A stretch of 64,000 nucleotides of DNA, from assembly GCF_006345805.1 (NCBI RefSeq), contig NW_021831853.1, positions 1 through 64,000 of the forward strand, read 5' to 3'. Made by a program: the position numbers and the translations under genes. The first letter of the stretch is position 1, and each line of letters begins with the position of its first letter. Source of the stretch: Octopus sinensis (lineage: Eukaryota). Of this stretch, positions 1 to 13,068 are shown piece after piece. The notes beneath the pieces were generated by a model that saw only the letters and a program-made list of their open reading frames with translations, had not been told where the DNA came from and did no database searches.

Positions 1-103
1 GGTAAAGATTAATTTGATTTCAATAATTAACTTTTGAGGAAACTAATGCTTAATTAATAGTTAATTTCGATTAAAACATAAAAATGACAAGTTTATATTT
101 CAG

Positions 104-1050
104 TTAAAACTCAGTTAAAAACATAAATAGCATATGGCTATGTTTAAAATGTCCTGTGATTTTTCGACATTTAATAAACAATGTTTTTGTACCTGCGGCT
201 TGAAATCCATGCAATATGCTCAACTGCAGCCTATGAGCCAAACACGGAATATGAGCAAAACCAGTTTGATTAACAACTGAAACTAAATTTCGTGAATAGT
301 CTGTTAATAGAACCTGAATCTTCTTTGTTACATCCCAGTCTTTTACACATTGTTTATATAACTCAGAAACAATGTTAGAATAGTGACATTCAACAACATG
401 CACACATTCAAGAATAACACTTATTAAATTCCAGTCATCAGCAATCCAATGGCCGGTGATTCCGCAATAACTTCCATTACCTAGGAATGTCCAAAAATCA
501 GATGTTAGTGCAATTGCCATTGAATTTTTTCACTGCTTCTTTAACACTTTCTCTTTTGCTGTTATAAATATCAGCTAACATTTTATCAATAAGTGCACCG
601 GCTAGGTAGTTTATATTCGGTATTTTGAAGTGCTGTACGCAATATTTGCTGAAGACCATATTGGTCTACCACTATTAGCTATCTGGTTTGCAAGTGATAT
701 TTTAATGTCACGTTGTACGGTAGCACTCACCGAATGATCAGACCGACGATAAAACTGACTTAAAGTAGTCTGCTTGGAGGTAGATGACACCCCCGTAGAA
801 GACTGACTAAATGAAGCTAACTTTGCGAGGTGAGGTTTCGAGTAATGTAGCAAGTGCTTGTTTTGAAGGAGGTAAGTAAGTGATGTGTTAGATCCATGGT
901 ATGTGAACGATTTGTTGCAATGGATGCAATATGCGTTATCAGGAATTTTGATATTACCGTCAGCCAACAATTTAAATCTTTCTTTCCAACACCTCTCACT
1001 TTTTGAAATTTTCTTTACCTAGGGAGTTCAGTACCTTTTCTGCTTAGGCA
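104..1050 (-). mobile_element. hAT-superfamily (ZBED1/Ac-like) transposase remnant, fragmented
   Basis: ORF 611-970 has a BED zinc finger (CIHCNKSFTYHGSNTSLTYLLQNKH). ORF 104-520 has hAT catalytic-domain motifs (ALTSDFWT, SYCGITGHWI, DYSRNL, HIPCLAHRLQL). Stops and frameshifts separate them. No TIRs were identified. Confidence 0.85.
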
Positions 1051-1129
1051 TTATTTCTGAATCTTCAGTTAGTTTACGTTTTCTGTTACTGCTCCTTTCA
1101 GAATTAATCGCTTTCGGTGATGGCACATC

Positions 1130-3800
1130 GAATATGTCCTGAAACACTTCCATTGGAATTTTCTTCCCTTCGTTTATGTCTCGTTTATGCTCCCGTCATT
1201 AGCCTTTTATTAAATACATCATGTTTTCAATTCTTTTAGTCACTACTCCATCCTGCCAACTCTCTTTACCGTTCTTGTATATTTCGAAATGGACTTTGCC
1301 TCCGTTTAGTTTAATTTTTTTGTAGTTTCTCTATACGTTTTTTTCCTTTGGCAACAGTTTGTCGAAGATCGATTTAATCTTTCGAGCTCTGCGGTGACTT
1401 GCCTGAATTGGTATTCACATTAGGCGTTAGCCTGTACACTTTTAAGAATTTAGTTAGCGCTTCGTCACTTCCTAACTCGTTCCTTGCTGTTTTTAGCGCT
1501 CGCTTGAAAATAGTTTCGAATCGTTTTGCATGCCCATTTGACGTCGGGTGGCAGGGCAGGGTAAACATGTACTTGATTGCATGCATTTTGCAGAATTTCT
1601 TGAACTTGTATCCTGTAAATTGTGCTCCATTGTCCGATACTATGGTGTCCGGAACACCGTATCGAGCAAAAATTTCAAGTAGGAACTTTATTGTAGCCTT
1701 CGTGGTAGGTTGACTGCACCTACATACTTCCAGCCACTTGGTAAAGCTACCAACAATGATCAAATAGTATGCGCCTTTCACTAGTCCAGCGTAGTCTATA
1801 TGTACCCTGGACCACGAACTATCCGTCTCAGGCCCAAGATTGATATTTCACCGGTAGTGCCTTGGCTGCCAGCGCACAACCTCCACATGACCTTACCAAA
1901 TTTTCAATGTCCCGGTCCATTATCGGCCAATACATGTAACTCCTCATCAAAACGTTCATTCTTGATGAAATGCATGTAATATCTATTTGTGTAGTGCAGT
2001 TGGTACTACCACTCCTTGTGCGTACATTAATACATCGTCGCAGAGTGAAAAATGGGTCGCATTCGTGTTTCTCTTGTTTGTTTTTTAAGGTTTCCTTCAT
2101 TTTTATGATATATCTGTCCTCCGCTGATTTACTTTTATGTTCAGGCAACTCCTGAATGACATATAACGTTTTTAATTTCTTTTTCTGATTGTAATGCGGT
2201 CATCACCGTATTTTCCAGCGGTTCCGCATTATTCGGAATTAGCCTAGATAAACAATCCGCACGGCTAATTTTCTTAGAAGGAATATACTCCATCTTAAAG
2301 TTGTAATTCAACAATATTGTACCCCAGCGTTGTAATTTGTTAGCTGTATGGGTACGAATTCCTTTCTTCGATCCGAAAATTGATAGTAATTGTCGGTGTT
2401 CCGTCTGAAGCCGAAAAGTTCTATCGTGAAGAAATCTGAGAAATTTCTTCACAGCAAAATTTATCACTAGAGCTTTCTCTATCTGACCGTAGTTTTTCCC
2501 TGCTGCAATCAGAGTATGTGAGGCATGAACCACCGCCTTCATATCACCGTCTTTATATTTGTGTAGCAAAAAATGCTCCTATGCTGTATTCGGAAGTGTC
2601 AGAAGCTACAACAATCTCCGCTGCAGGATCGATATGACCCAGCGACAAATCCGAAATTAATATTTTTTTTAGTATCCAGAAACGCCATTTGACAGTTATT
2701 TGACCAATTCCATTTGACGGCTTTCTTTAGCAAATTATTAAGTGGAGCTCTCAATTCATACATGTTTGGTATGTAATTTTGACAATAGTTCGCTCAGCCA
2801 AGAAAAGCTCGTAAATTCGCTATGTTAGTTGGGGGATGCATATTTTTAATTGCGTCTGCCCTCGACGGGTCAAATCTTCTTCCATTTTTTATCTATAATT
2901 TAACCTAAATATTTAATTTTAGACAAAAAGAATTCACATTTCTCCTCACTGAGTGTGAAACAGTAATCTCTTATTTTTTGAAAAATACACTTCACATGTT
3001 CAGTATGCTGATCCCGAGATTCACTTTTAATTAATACATCATCGAGGTATGGAATTGCAAATTGACAGTCTGCCGACATCGCATCCATAACCTGTTGAAA
3101 TATTGCAGGTGCGACCTTCAGACCAAATGACAATCTATTATATTTGTATAGTGCTCTGTGCGTATTCACTGTTAGAAGCTTCGAGCACTCCTCGTCTACT
3201 TCAATTTGTAAATTGACATCAGACAGATCTAGTTTCGAAAATATTTTGCTATCATTTAATTTTGCAAAAATACCCCCCGGAGTAGGCAGTGCATAGTGGT
3301 ACATTTTTAGACAGTCATTCAAACCAGTAGAAAAATCGGCATACACTCTGATTTTGTTATTTTTTTAATACACACAGTAGGTGCTGCCCACTTAGAATAA
3401 TCTAATTCCCATCTTCTCCAGTCTGTCTAATTCTTCCTCTACCTGCTTTATCGCAACAAATGGTACCTTTCTACTAGGTTTGAATACATGTATGACGTTT
3501 TTCATTTGAAAACAGGTCTCAGTCTTAGAACAGAGACCTAATTTGTCCGACAGTACTTCAGGAAACCAGTTTTTACCATGAAAACTTTTGACCTACAGGT
3601 TTTTCTCCGCACTCTACATTTCGCCTACGAAGTGTAGTTTTTCACCTGTCACGCCTCGTGCAATTTTCGATGTTTTTCTTAACGTAGGTTTCCCAATTAT
3701 TTTCCACCCTCGCCACAACAATTGTTAAGTCTTCTCGATGTGTAAGGCTTTAAGAAGAAGTTTTGAAATGAATGGCTAAAATTCTACTACGTTGAACTGG
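1130..3800 (-). mobile_element. Ty3/Gypsy LTR-retrotransposon pol remnant (protease-RT-RNaseH-integrase), degenerate
   Basis: RT at 2900-3346 (FSKLDLSD, YNRLSFGLKVAPAIFQQVMD, YLDDVLI). RNaseH at 2141-2569 (HASHTL, NYGQIEKAL, RLQTEH, LQRWGTILLNYNF). Integrase zinc-binding region at 1828-2148 (MRSYMYWP, CGGC) and core at 1374-1781 (IVSDNGAQF, HPTSNGHAKRF). Protease-like text lies near 3620-3750. The domain order is Gypsy-type. No LTRs were recognised. Confidence 0.92.
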
Positions 3801-3952
3801 ATTAGTCTACAGTTGTTACTGGATTGCGTGAAACAGCGCTGCAGCAATTCCATTGTGATAAGTTCGTGGTGTATCTAATAAAGTTTATACAGCCCAAGAA
3901 CTGCTTTCTAAGACCACGTCGATCTTGAAGGGATTATATTCGACAAAATCAC

Positions 3953-4098
3953 AAGAAGAAGAAGAAGAAGAAGGAGGAGGAGGAGGAGGAGGAGGAAAAG
4001 GAAGGAGGAGGAAGAGGAGGAAGATGAGAAGAAGAAGAAGAAGAAGAAGAAGAGAAGGAGAAGAAGAAGAAGAAGAAGAAGAAGAAGAAGAAGAGGAA
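3953..4098. repeat. (GAA)n/(GGA)n purine microsatellite
   Basis: Direct reading of the sequence. Confidence 0.95.
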
Positions 4099-4559
4099 GG
4101 GAATGACTTGAATAGATGGCATCATATTTCAAAAACAAAATATATAATTTTTTTAAAATTTAGAACAAACATGAAAATGAAAAAAAAACAAAAAAAAAAA
4201 ACAAAAAAACAACTACATAAGCGAAGGAGTGAAACTGTAAGAACATTGTAATGTTTACAATAGATCGTAAAGGGAAAGTGTAAAGCTATTATGAAAAGTA
4301 TTTACATAGATAATGTTACATTAAAGTACTAGTCTCAAAACAATTGATGTCTATAAAAATATTGGTGAATAAATGAATGTAAAAAATGTTTCAACGCAGC
4401 CGGTAGTTAATGAAATTATGAAAATTAGAAAAGGTCTATGCGATGTAGGATTAAATGCTGTAAAATTATTACTTAATAAAAGTTGAATAAAATATGTAGA
4501 GCAAAATTTAAAATATATATTACAGGCAGTCAGGTTTGATTTTCACGAACATTAAGCAT

Positions 4560-4601
4560 ATTTATAGACACACACACATTTTGTCGGGTGTGTATGTATA
4601 C

Positions 4602-4639
<38 letters not shown>

Positions 4640-4663
4640 AGTCTGTGTGTGTGTATGTATACG

Positions 4664-4698
<35 letters not shown>

Positions 4699-4895
4699 AT
4701 ACACATGCATATAAATATACACACATATACACAAATATGGACACGCACACATATACAAACACACACATACACAGGCATTCTCACACAGATATAAACAACA
4801 CACAGACATATATATTTATAAACACACACGCGTACACACATACACACACACACCACACCACACACACACACACACATATGTCGACACACACACAT
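4560..4895. repeat. compound (TG)n/(TA)n/(CA)n microsatellite
   Basis: Direct reading of the sequence. Confidence 0.9.
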
Positions 4896-5234
4896 ATAAA
4901 TAAAGTGGTTGACAAGGAAAATAAGTCAGGTTATAGGTACATTAAAAACAAATCTACATATTTTATATATTCAGTTTTCCTGAGCCAAATAATTTGTTCA
5001 GGGCGAAAGGACGTTGTTCCTACAACATAAACCTATATACTCATCTTCAGTTATAATGCAGCTAATTCTCAAGGACTAATTGTTTAATAATGTACACACC
5101 TGTATTCGGTGGAATTTCAAACACACTCACACACCCACAAAATATTTTCAGGTGTTTATGAAAACCAAGGTTGCATTGTGTGATAATATTTGCATAAATA
5201 TAGGTGCACTTATTGGTCGTGTGGATAACAAGTT

Positions 5235-5369
5235 CAGTTTAAAGCCCTGTGGTTTCGGGTTCAAGTCCCATTGTGTGACACTGTGAACAAGTGTCTTCTA
5301 CTATATTCCGGGAACTATCAATGCTTTCTGAGTGTATTTGGCGAACAGAAACTCTGTGGAAACCCGTAG

Positions 5370-5454
<85 letters not shown>

Positions 5455-5463
5455 GTCTATCTA
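5235..5463 (+). mobile_element. tRNA-derived CORE-like SINE (family A), 5' part, running into (TCTA)n
   Basis: ggttcaagtcccattgtgtgacactgtgaacaagtgtcttctactata matches the head and core of other copies (13069, 45223). (TCTA)n occupies 5370-5463. Confidence 0.7.
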
Positions 5464-5471
5464 CACACACA

Positions 5472-5721
5472 AAGTAATGTTTGTCGCACTTTAACATAGT
5501 GTTCTGTACGAACCAATACTACTACCATTTTTAACCCCAAGAAGACGTCTCTTCCAGCTGGTTACCGATGCAAACCCAAAGAAGACGCCTCCTCCAACCG
5601 GTTATCGATGCAATCGATCGCATCGATAACCAGCTGCAGGAGACGTTCTCTTCGAGTGAAAAATGGCAGGAACGTCGGTTCGCACGAGACAGCCATGTTG
5701 AAGTGGCGAAAAACATTACTT
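5472..5721. mobile_element. palindromic MITE-like element (copy 1 of 2)
   Basis: Terminal arms aagtaatgtttgtcgcactttaacat / atgttgaagtggcgaaaaacattactt, plus inner inverted repeats. It shares its core with 27012-27201. Confidence 0.7.
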
Positions 5722-5805
5722 CTCAGTATGGTTACTACTTTCATCTCTTCTGATCTCTTATAGAGATTTTCTAATTAGCTACTTATATATATATATATAT
5801 ATATT

Positions 5806-6185
5806 TGTTGGCACTCCGTCGGTTACGACGACAAGGGTTCCAGTTGACCCGTCCAACGGAGCAGTCTGCTTGTGAAGTTACGCGCAAATAGCTGAGCATT
5901 CCACTGACACGTGTACCCTTAACGTAGTCCTCGGGGGAGATTCAGCGTGACACAGAGTGTGACAAAGCTGGCCCTTTGAAATACAGGTACAATAGAAACA
6001 GGAAGAAAGTGTGAGAGAAAGTTGTGGTGAAGGAGTACAGCAGAGTTCACCCCCGCCCCTGCAGGAGCCTCGTAGAGTTTTAGGTGTTTTCGCTCAATAA
6101 ACACTCACACACCCGGTCTGGGAATCGAAACCACGATCCTACGACCGTGAGTCCGCTGCTCGAACCACTGGGCCATTGCCTCCAC
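5806..6185 (-). mobile_element. tRNA-derived SINE (family B-type head, distinct body)
   Basis: The minus-strand head gtggaggcaatggcccagtggttcgagcagcggactcacggtcgtaggatcgtggtttcgattcccagaccggg has A-box and B-box-like motifs. (TA)n flanks both sides. Confidence 0.8.
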
Positions 6186-6565
<380 letters not shown>

Positions 6566-6690
6566 AGTTAAAATTTACTGAAAACACGAAGACAGGTGAA
6601 GAAACAATAACGAAGTGTATTATTTTAACACTCGGAATTAATGGAAACGGCTTTAACGTTTCGAGTCTACCGCACTTCGACAGAAAGGGC
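6566..6690 (-). mobile_element. short Penelope-type tail fragment with degenerate hammerhead-like motif
   Basis: The minus strand reads cttt-CTGTCGA-agtgcggtagactc-GAAA-cgtt-aaag. The same layout occurs at 40303-40333. Confidence 0.4.
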
Positions 6691-6700
6691 TGACTGTCTG

Positions 6701-6731
<31 letters not shown>

Positions 6732-7074
6732 GCATGGATGTGTGTGTGTGCGCGTGTGCGCGCGCGCGTGTGTGTGTGTATGTGTGTGCGTGTGTGTGTG
6801 TGTGCGTGTGTGTGGTATACATGTACATGTGTATGTGCGTGTGTGTATCTTTGATTTGATGTTTGTGCCCCCATCATTTTGAAGCCAGTGTTGGTTTCTT
6901 TACGTACCCATAATTTAGCGGCCGAAAAGGGAATCCATGTTTGCAGAGATTTGAACTCGGAACACAGAGCCTGAATTTTCGCTGTATAAGTTATAAATAT
7001 TGTACCTTTCTATGTATAATCATTTTTACATTGAGACGCATGACATAGTTTATCAATTACTTTTTTTTCCTACT

Positions 7075-7523
7075 TCAACCATTAGACTACGGCCATGTTG
7101 GGCAGAGCCCTGAAAGGATTTCGTTCAATAAATCCACGTCAGGACTTGTCTTTTAATACAGGAAGAAAATGTGAGAGAAAGTTGTGGTGAAGGAGTACAG
7201 CTTAATCTACCGGTTCCTTTTAACGAACCGTTAATTTACCGAGACAAAACAAACCAACACCGCTTCCTAAGAGGTGACAGGGGACAAACACAAAGATACA
7301 CACACACACACACACACACCCACACACACACACACACACACACACTCTCTCTCTCTCTCTCTCATATACACACACACACAAAACGGTCTTTCACACAATT
7401 ACTATCAAGCAATATCAGTCACAAGGCGTTGCTGACTCGGGGTTGCCCAAGGTGCCGCGTAGTGGGACTGCAATCGAAACCATGTAGTTGTAAAGCTAGC
7501 TTTTTAACTGCACAGCCATGCCT
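7075..7523 (-). mobile_element. CORE-like SINE family A, old copy with internal (CA)n/(CT)n
   Basis: Head rc ...cccaaggtgccgcgtagtgggactgcaatcgaaaccatg...cacagccatgcct, and tail rc gactacggccatgttgggcag. Confidence 0.75.
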
Positions 7524-8511
7524 ATACTGGTAAGTATTATACGTTTTATGCTTAATTCTTAGATTTCTCAGAAATATAAATTCATCCTTTTTTTTTTTCT
7601 TTGAAATCTTCCTTAAAGATAATACACTGAGATAATGTTGTTGTAACATCTAAGAAATATTTATCAATATCTCTCTCATCCTCTACAATGTCTCATTTCT
7701 TCCCAGAATACATTTCTACCTCCTTCTACTCCATCGCATGTTTGTTTTCGTCTTTTGTCGATCTGACCCTGCGAGAGGTCACATCGTTGTTTTCTCTCTC
7801 TCTGCTATTTTCCCGTTCAGCGATCAATGCTTGAACAATAAGCTATTTTCCTTTCTCTCAGCGCTAATTCAATGCAAAACCATCCCTCGTTCTCATACGC
7901 TATTTCAACCGAAAGACTTCAATGTCATCCTTGCTTTCGGTTCAGTCGAAAGACTCAAATATTCTTCATATCCTTTTTATCGTCGTGTCTCTTGATATTA
8001 TACCCGCATAATCCCGCTTTCTGTTGTTTGTTGAAAGACTCATATTTTCCATATACAACTGTGTTGCCTTGTTTATTATTGCTATATACACATGCTACCC
8101 GCGATTTGTTTGTTTCAATTCTCTGTCATTGCTGCACCATTCTCTTTAAGCACATTCCTTTGAAAGTAGTGACGCCGCTGGAGATAACGATACTGTTTTA
8201 AGGTGTCCAAAATACCATGACCTCTAGATTGACAGCTGATGAAGGGACCTCTTTGTTTATATAAAATTTGATGTGATCTTGTTTCCCGTACCTTATACGT
8301 TTTCGTTGCCCTCTGCCTCTATATTCTTCCAATTTGCTCAATAAGGCACGTTTTATTACGTCATTGACACATAATACACATCCACACATATGTACACACA
8401 TAAGAACGCGCGCACACGCACAAACACTTACACACAAACACACACGCACACGCATGCGTACACAAACAATATATATATCAAAATTTACATACATGTAAAC
8501 AAGTTACGCTC

Positions 8512-8589
<78 letters not shown>

Positions 8590-9094
8590 CTATCTATCTA
8601 TCTATCTATCACTCTATATATATACCTCTTGGACACACTTTTTTTACATACATCAGCAATGACTTTCTCACTGATAATACTTTCCCTGTATATTGCAAAA
8701 ATAAATTGCACTTCATATTTGCGGTTCCGAAGAAGCTATAGGAAGTTACTAAAACACTCAACTAAGAGTCCACTGCATCTTATAGCAAAAACAGTTGTAA
8801 TCTAATGAAGTTTATAACATAACCATTGTTTTCCTGTATCATCTCTTTCTCTATATGTGTGTGTGAGTATGTGTGTGTGTGCGTGCGTGTGTCTGTTTGT
8901 GTGTGTGCGTGCGTGTATGTGTTTGTGTGTGTGTGTATAAAACTGTTATTCCGTCGATCGTTGTTTATCATTGTACAAGAAAGAGAATTGTCAGTTTTTT
9001 TTCGAAACAAATTTGAGGATGATGGAATAGAGTATGTCATGTAATCTCTTTGCGTTTATTGAATTGAATTGAATTTTCTATATAGTTCCAACGA

Positions 9095-9700
9095 CAAAGT
9101 GCTTAATACTCATATGTAGCTATTTCATTTTGTCTGAGCCTCATCAGTAAGACGCAATTAAGGATTTATTAATTATATTGTATTATGAAAGGAAGCAGAG
9201 AAAGAGGGAGAACATTATTTTAGCAAAGAGAAAGGTAGAGGATATATATGAAGGCATATGTGCCGCTCAAGTGTTGTTGGACAACACCATATCTGCTTCG
9301 TAGATAACGATTTCAGTGTTGTATTGACCATTCACTGGCCACTTACTGTCGACCCTACATTATCATGTTGTCCTCACTGGAGGCCTTGTGGTACTCACTC
9401 ATATTCTTTTTTTGATGCTAGATGTACAGCTAAATGAGACTAGTAAGTTATGCTCATTGAATATTTCCCGATACCTATGACCCTGTGTAAAATGCTTCTC
9501 CACTAATCTAAGAAAGGCCAATATAACGCTGGTTTTTCCGTTGAGTGTGAATGGGGAGGGGACCGAATAACATTTCCGCGATGCTTTCTTTTTTTTTAGT
9601 GTTAGGGCTGGGTATGTAAGTGATGCAGTCTTTAAACCTACTGACTGCCAGATCCTCGTTATAATCGGAGGCAGCCGCACCAAAACCACACTCTAGTTGA
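9095..9700 (-). mobile_element. Penelope-like element remnant (RT C-terminus, GIY-YIG start, tail)
   Basis: The translation RKCYSVPSPFTLNGKTSVILAFLRLVEKHFTQGHRYREIFNEHNLLVSFSC matches the PLE pattern RNIIWFNPP...FL.LI.KHF...HKIFN...VSYSC. A CPVNG...VIYEA-like segment follows, and a CTGATGA...GAAA motif lies at 9123-9147. Confidence 0.8.
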
Positions 9701-10559
9701 GGATATGTTCGATATCATATGCTGTCTGCACTCCAAAACACTTCTTCAAGTCTCGATTGGAGGTCTCTGCACCGCTATTCTAACAGTTCCGAGCCAACAG
9801 CAATGATGTTGCCAAGAAAGGTGCAGGCTCTATTAACCCACACTCTTGCATGCTTTCCTTCTACGTCAACAAACTGGGTGCTGCTATAACCATTCCATCA
9901 ATATAGAAATTACTGTGTTTTACAACTCGTAGATTTGTCTTCTGCTCTCAGCTGTTTAAGTTTCGCTCACAAGCTTCATTCACATGTATATTGAAGCTCT
10001 TTCTGCTTCATTCCTCGCTTCACTAATCGCTGCTCTACTGCCCTTGTTAAGTCCAGTAAAATCCAGTGCCAGACAGATAGGACATAGTTTCTCTTGCTAA
10101 AAATTCGTACCTCAACAGGAAGTACCGCTGTAGCTTATTCATACATACACACATACATAGATACATAAATTTCTTATAGGGTCTTAAAGTGAGAATGACA
10201 TGTATGTATGTACTCATATGGATGTCTGTCAATGTGTTTGTGTATTTGTGTGTGTGTTTGAGTCTATGTGTCATTTCTCTCCCCACCTCTCTCTTATTTT
10301 CTTTCTTTCTCTGTGTGTGTAAGTTGAAAAAAGTTGTAGCATCTGAACGGAAACTAGTCAAGAAATTAAAGTGAATCATAGCAGCAGCGGCAGAAGAACA
10401 GGAGTGGTATTAACACCAGCAACAACAGTGGAAACAACAGCAACATCAAAGAACAACAAGCAAACCACTCGCACACCTACTTCAACGTCGAAGACATTAA
10501 AATATATAACAATGAATAAATAGCTTAATGGCAACACAGACACCAAGAACTTTATCATC

Positions 10560-10609
10560 TCTAACAACAACAAAAACAATCAAAAGAACAACCGTCACAG
10601 CAATAGCAG

Positions 10610-10651
<42 letters not shown>

Positions 10652-10804
10652 GAGGATGATAACCGATGAAAGGTAACGACGGGAATCAGCAGCAGCTATA
10701 TAATCAGTAACACTAATGATATGAACTACAATTCACATACATTATATATATATATTATATATATATTATATATATATATTATATATAATATATATATATA
10801 TAAA

Positions 10805-10837
<33 letters not shown>

Positions 10838-11424
10838 ATATATATTATCTGTGTGTGTGTATGTATGTATGTATGTGTATGTATGTATGTATGTATGTAT
10901 ATGTACGTACGTATGTATGTATACACATGCGCATATTTATAAACATATATATGCGTATAGATTACATATCTATCAATGTCCCAAATGAATTATACATATA
11001 CGTAAATTCACATACACCCACACATATAAGCATACGCACACATTCTTACAATATGTGTACCATTATTTATACGTTCCATATACACACACACACATATGTA
11101 TACACACATACACACACAGACATATATTTATGCGCGCACACAACAAATATAAGAACTCTCAGAAGAAGAGCAACAACAATAATATGGAGGACAACTATTA
11201 TAACAACATGCAGTCACTAATAAGGAGAGGTTGTTTGACAACGATGACGACGACGACCTCACAACAACTTCAACAACAACAACAACAACAACAACTACAC
11301 ATATAACAGCAACAACAGCTACAAGAGATAGAGAGTAGGCAGTAAGAATAGAATAGATTCTAAAGCAACAAGCTCATCAACAACATTAACAACAACAACA
11401 ATCATAGCAGCAGCAATTGTTGTT

Positions 11425-11463
<39 letters not shown>

Positions 11464-11830
11464 ACAATAGCATTAGTAGAAGCAGCAGTAGCAGCGGCAG
11501 CAGCAGCAACAGCATCAAGATGGCCAACAAGATTTTAACGACAAAAACAGCCGCAGTAACAACAACAGCAGCAACAACAACAACAACAACAACAGCAACA
11601 GCAACAATGACGATAGCAACAACTCTAACAAAAGATTGATAACAGCAGAAACATTGCTGCCATTACTATGACAACCATTACCACTATCACCACCAACAAT
11701 AACAACGACAAAGGCATTGATAACGTGAGAAACGTTACCACCACCACCACCACCACCACCACCACCACCACCACCATCACCATGACCACCACCCCTCTTC
11801 ACCATCCCCGACGACTACAACAAACACAAC
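10560..11830. repeat. compound microsatellite field: (TAC)n, (TA)n, (TATG)n, (CAA)n, (GTA)n, (CAC)n
   Basis: Direct reading of the sequence. Confidence 0.9.
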
Positions 11831-11897
11831 AACTGTATAACGTTGAGAGTAAAAGAAACGGAACAAAACTGGTTTAATGGCATCAGATAACTTGAGG

Positions 11898-11907
11898 GCG
11901 CATGCGC
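11898..11907. promoter_or_regulatory. GCGCATGCGC palindrome (NRF1/Ewg-type consensus site)
   Basis: Exact 10-bp consensus in non-repetitive sequence. No linked gene was seen. Confidence 0.2.
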
Positions 11908-12338
11908 AGTGACCAAGAAAATACTTGAAAGAACAGACGGTAAAATAAACAATAATGTCAAAGTTTATTTTGCGAATCTTCTGCAGACATCAAAGCGAAA
12001 AAAGAGACATAATGAAGATAAATAAAATACGGTGAATGTCATTCGGTACATAAGGAAGAAGCGGAGCTTTGAGTTAGTTGTCAGTGGAATCGGTTCTATG
12101 CAAATTGATTGTAGATGTAGACTTTTTCACACACCAAAACCATTGCTGGGTTAATTTTTGTTTTATATTATTTTTATTTAATTTTAATTTATATTATATT
12201 TTGTTTCGTTTTGTTTAGTTGGTATTTTTAGGTTGATAAGAAGAGAGCGAGCAAAAAAAAAAAATTCATAAAAATATAGAATTTTTCTCCTTTTAAATTT
12301 TAAATCTTAATTTCTTAGTACATTTCTGAAACATGAGC

Positions 12339-12387
<49 letters not shown>

Positions 12388-13068
12388 GGAGAGAAAGAAT
12401 GAGAGATGGCGGAAAATGCTAAAATTGAAAGGAAAAACAGAACAAGAAGAAAAAGGAAAAAAGAAAAAAAGAAACAAACAGAAAGAACTTAGGAATAAGA
12501 GAGACAGTGAAAGGGCGGAAAATTCTAAAATTGGAAGAAGAAAAAAAAAGAACAAGATGAAAAATAAAGAAAGAGAAACGAAAAGAAATAATTAATGAAT
12601 GAGAGAGAAAAAGTGAAAGACAGCGGAAAATGTTAAAATTGAAAGAAAAAGAGAGTGAAAAGGAAAAGAAAAGGAAGAGAAAGAGAAAGAAGGAATTATT
12701 GGCGGTAGTTTCCTTCAGATTTTCTTGAAAGTTTTCATATCTGCTGGAATGATGGAATTGGTATTCTTTTATTATAACCTGCTTGAACTTCATTGAACTG
12801 AAGCACATGATAATTTCATTGCATCACTTCTCTCAGACAGTGATTCCAGTCTTTTACCATTAGTTCTAAACGAGTTTAGTCTAATTATCGTGATAGTGAT
12901 GTTGTTTTTTTATAGTTTTATCTGGGGATGGAGTGAGGAATAAACTCTAGATTTATTGGTAAGTGAATTAGTATAAGGGGGTAGATTAGGTAGATGAATA
13001 TGTAGATATACAAGGCTATAAATATGCAGATAAACATACAGACAGACAAGCCGATAAATAAATAGACA

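Noticed and set aside
5530-5660. Repeated 35-bp units resembling a CRISPR repeat
   Set aside because: Only two direct units and one inverted unit occur, with no spacers, no cas genes and a eukaryotic context. A palindromic MITE explains them.
7738-8201. ORFs with KDFNVIL resembling an AP-endonuclease GDFN motif
   Set aside because: Only a single weak motif is present, with no other APE motifs in order.
12718-12762. Possible short exon after ttccttcag (reads FLESFHICWNDGI)
   Set aside because: The donor is weak, there are no partner exons and no recognisable protein similarity. It needs RNA-seq.
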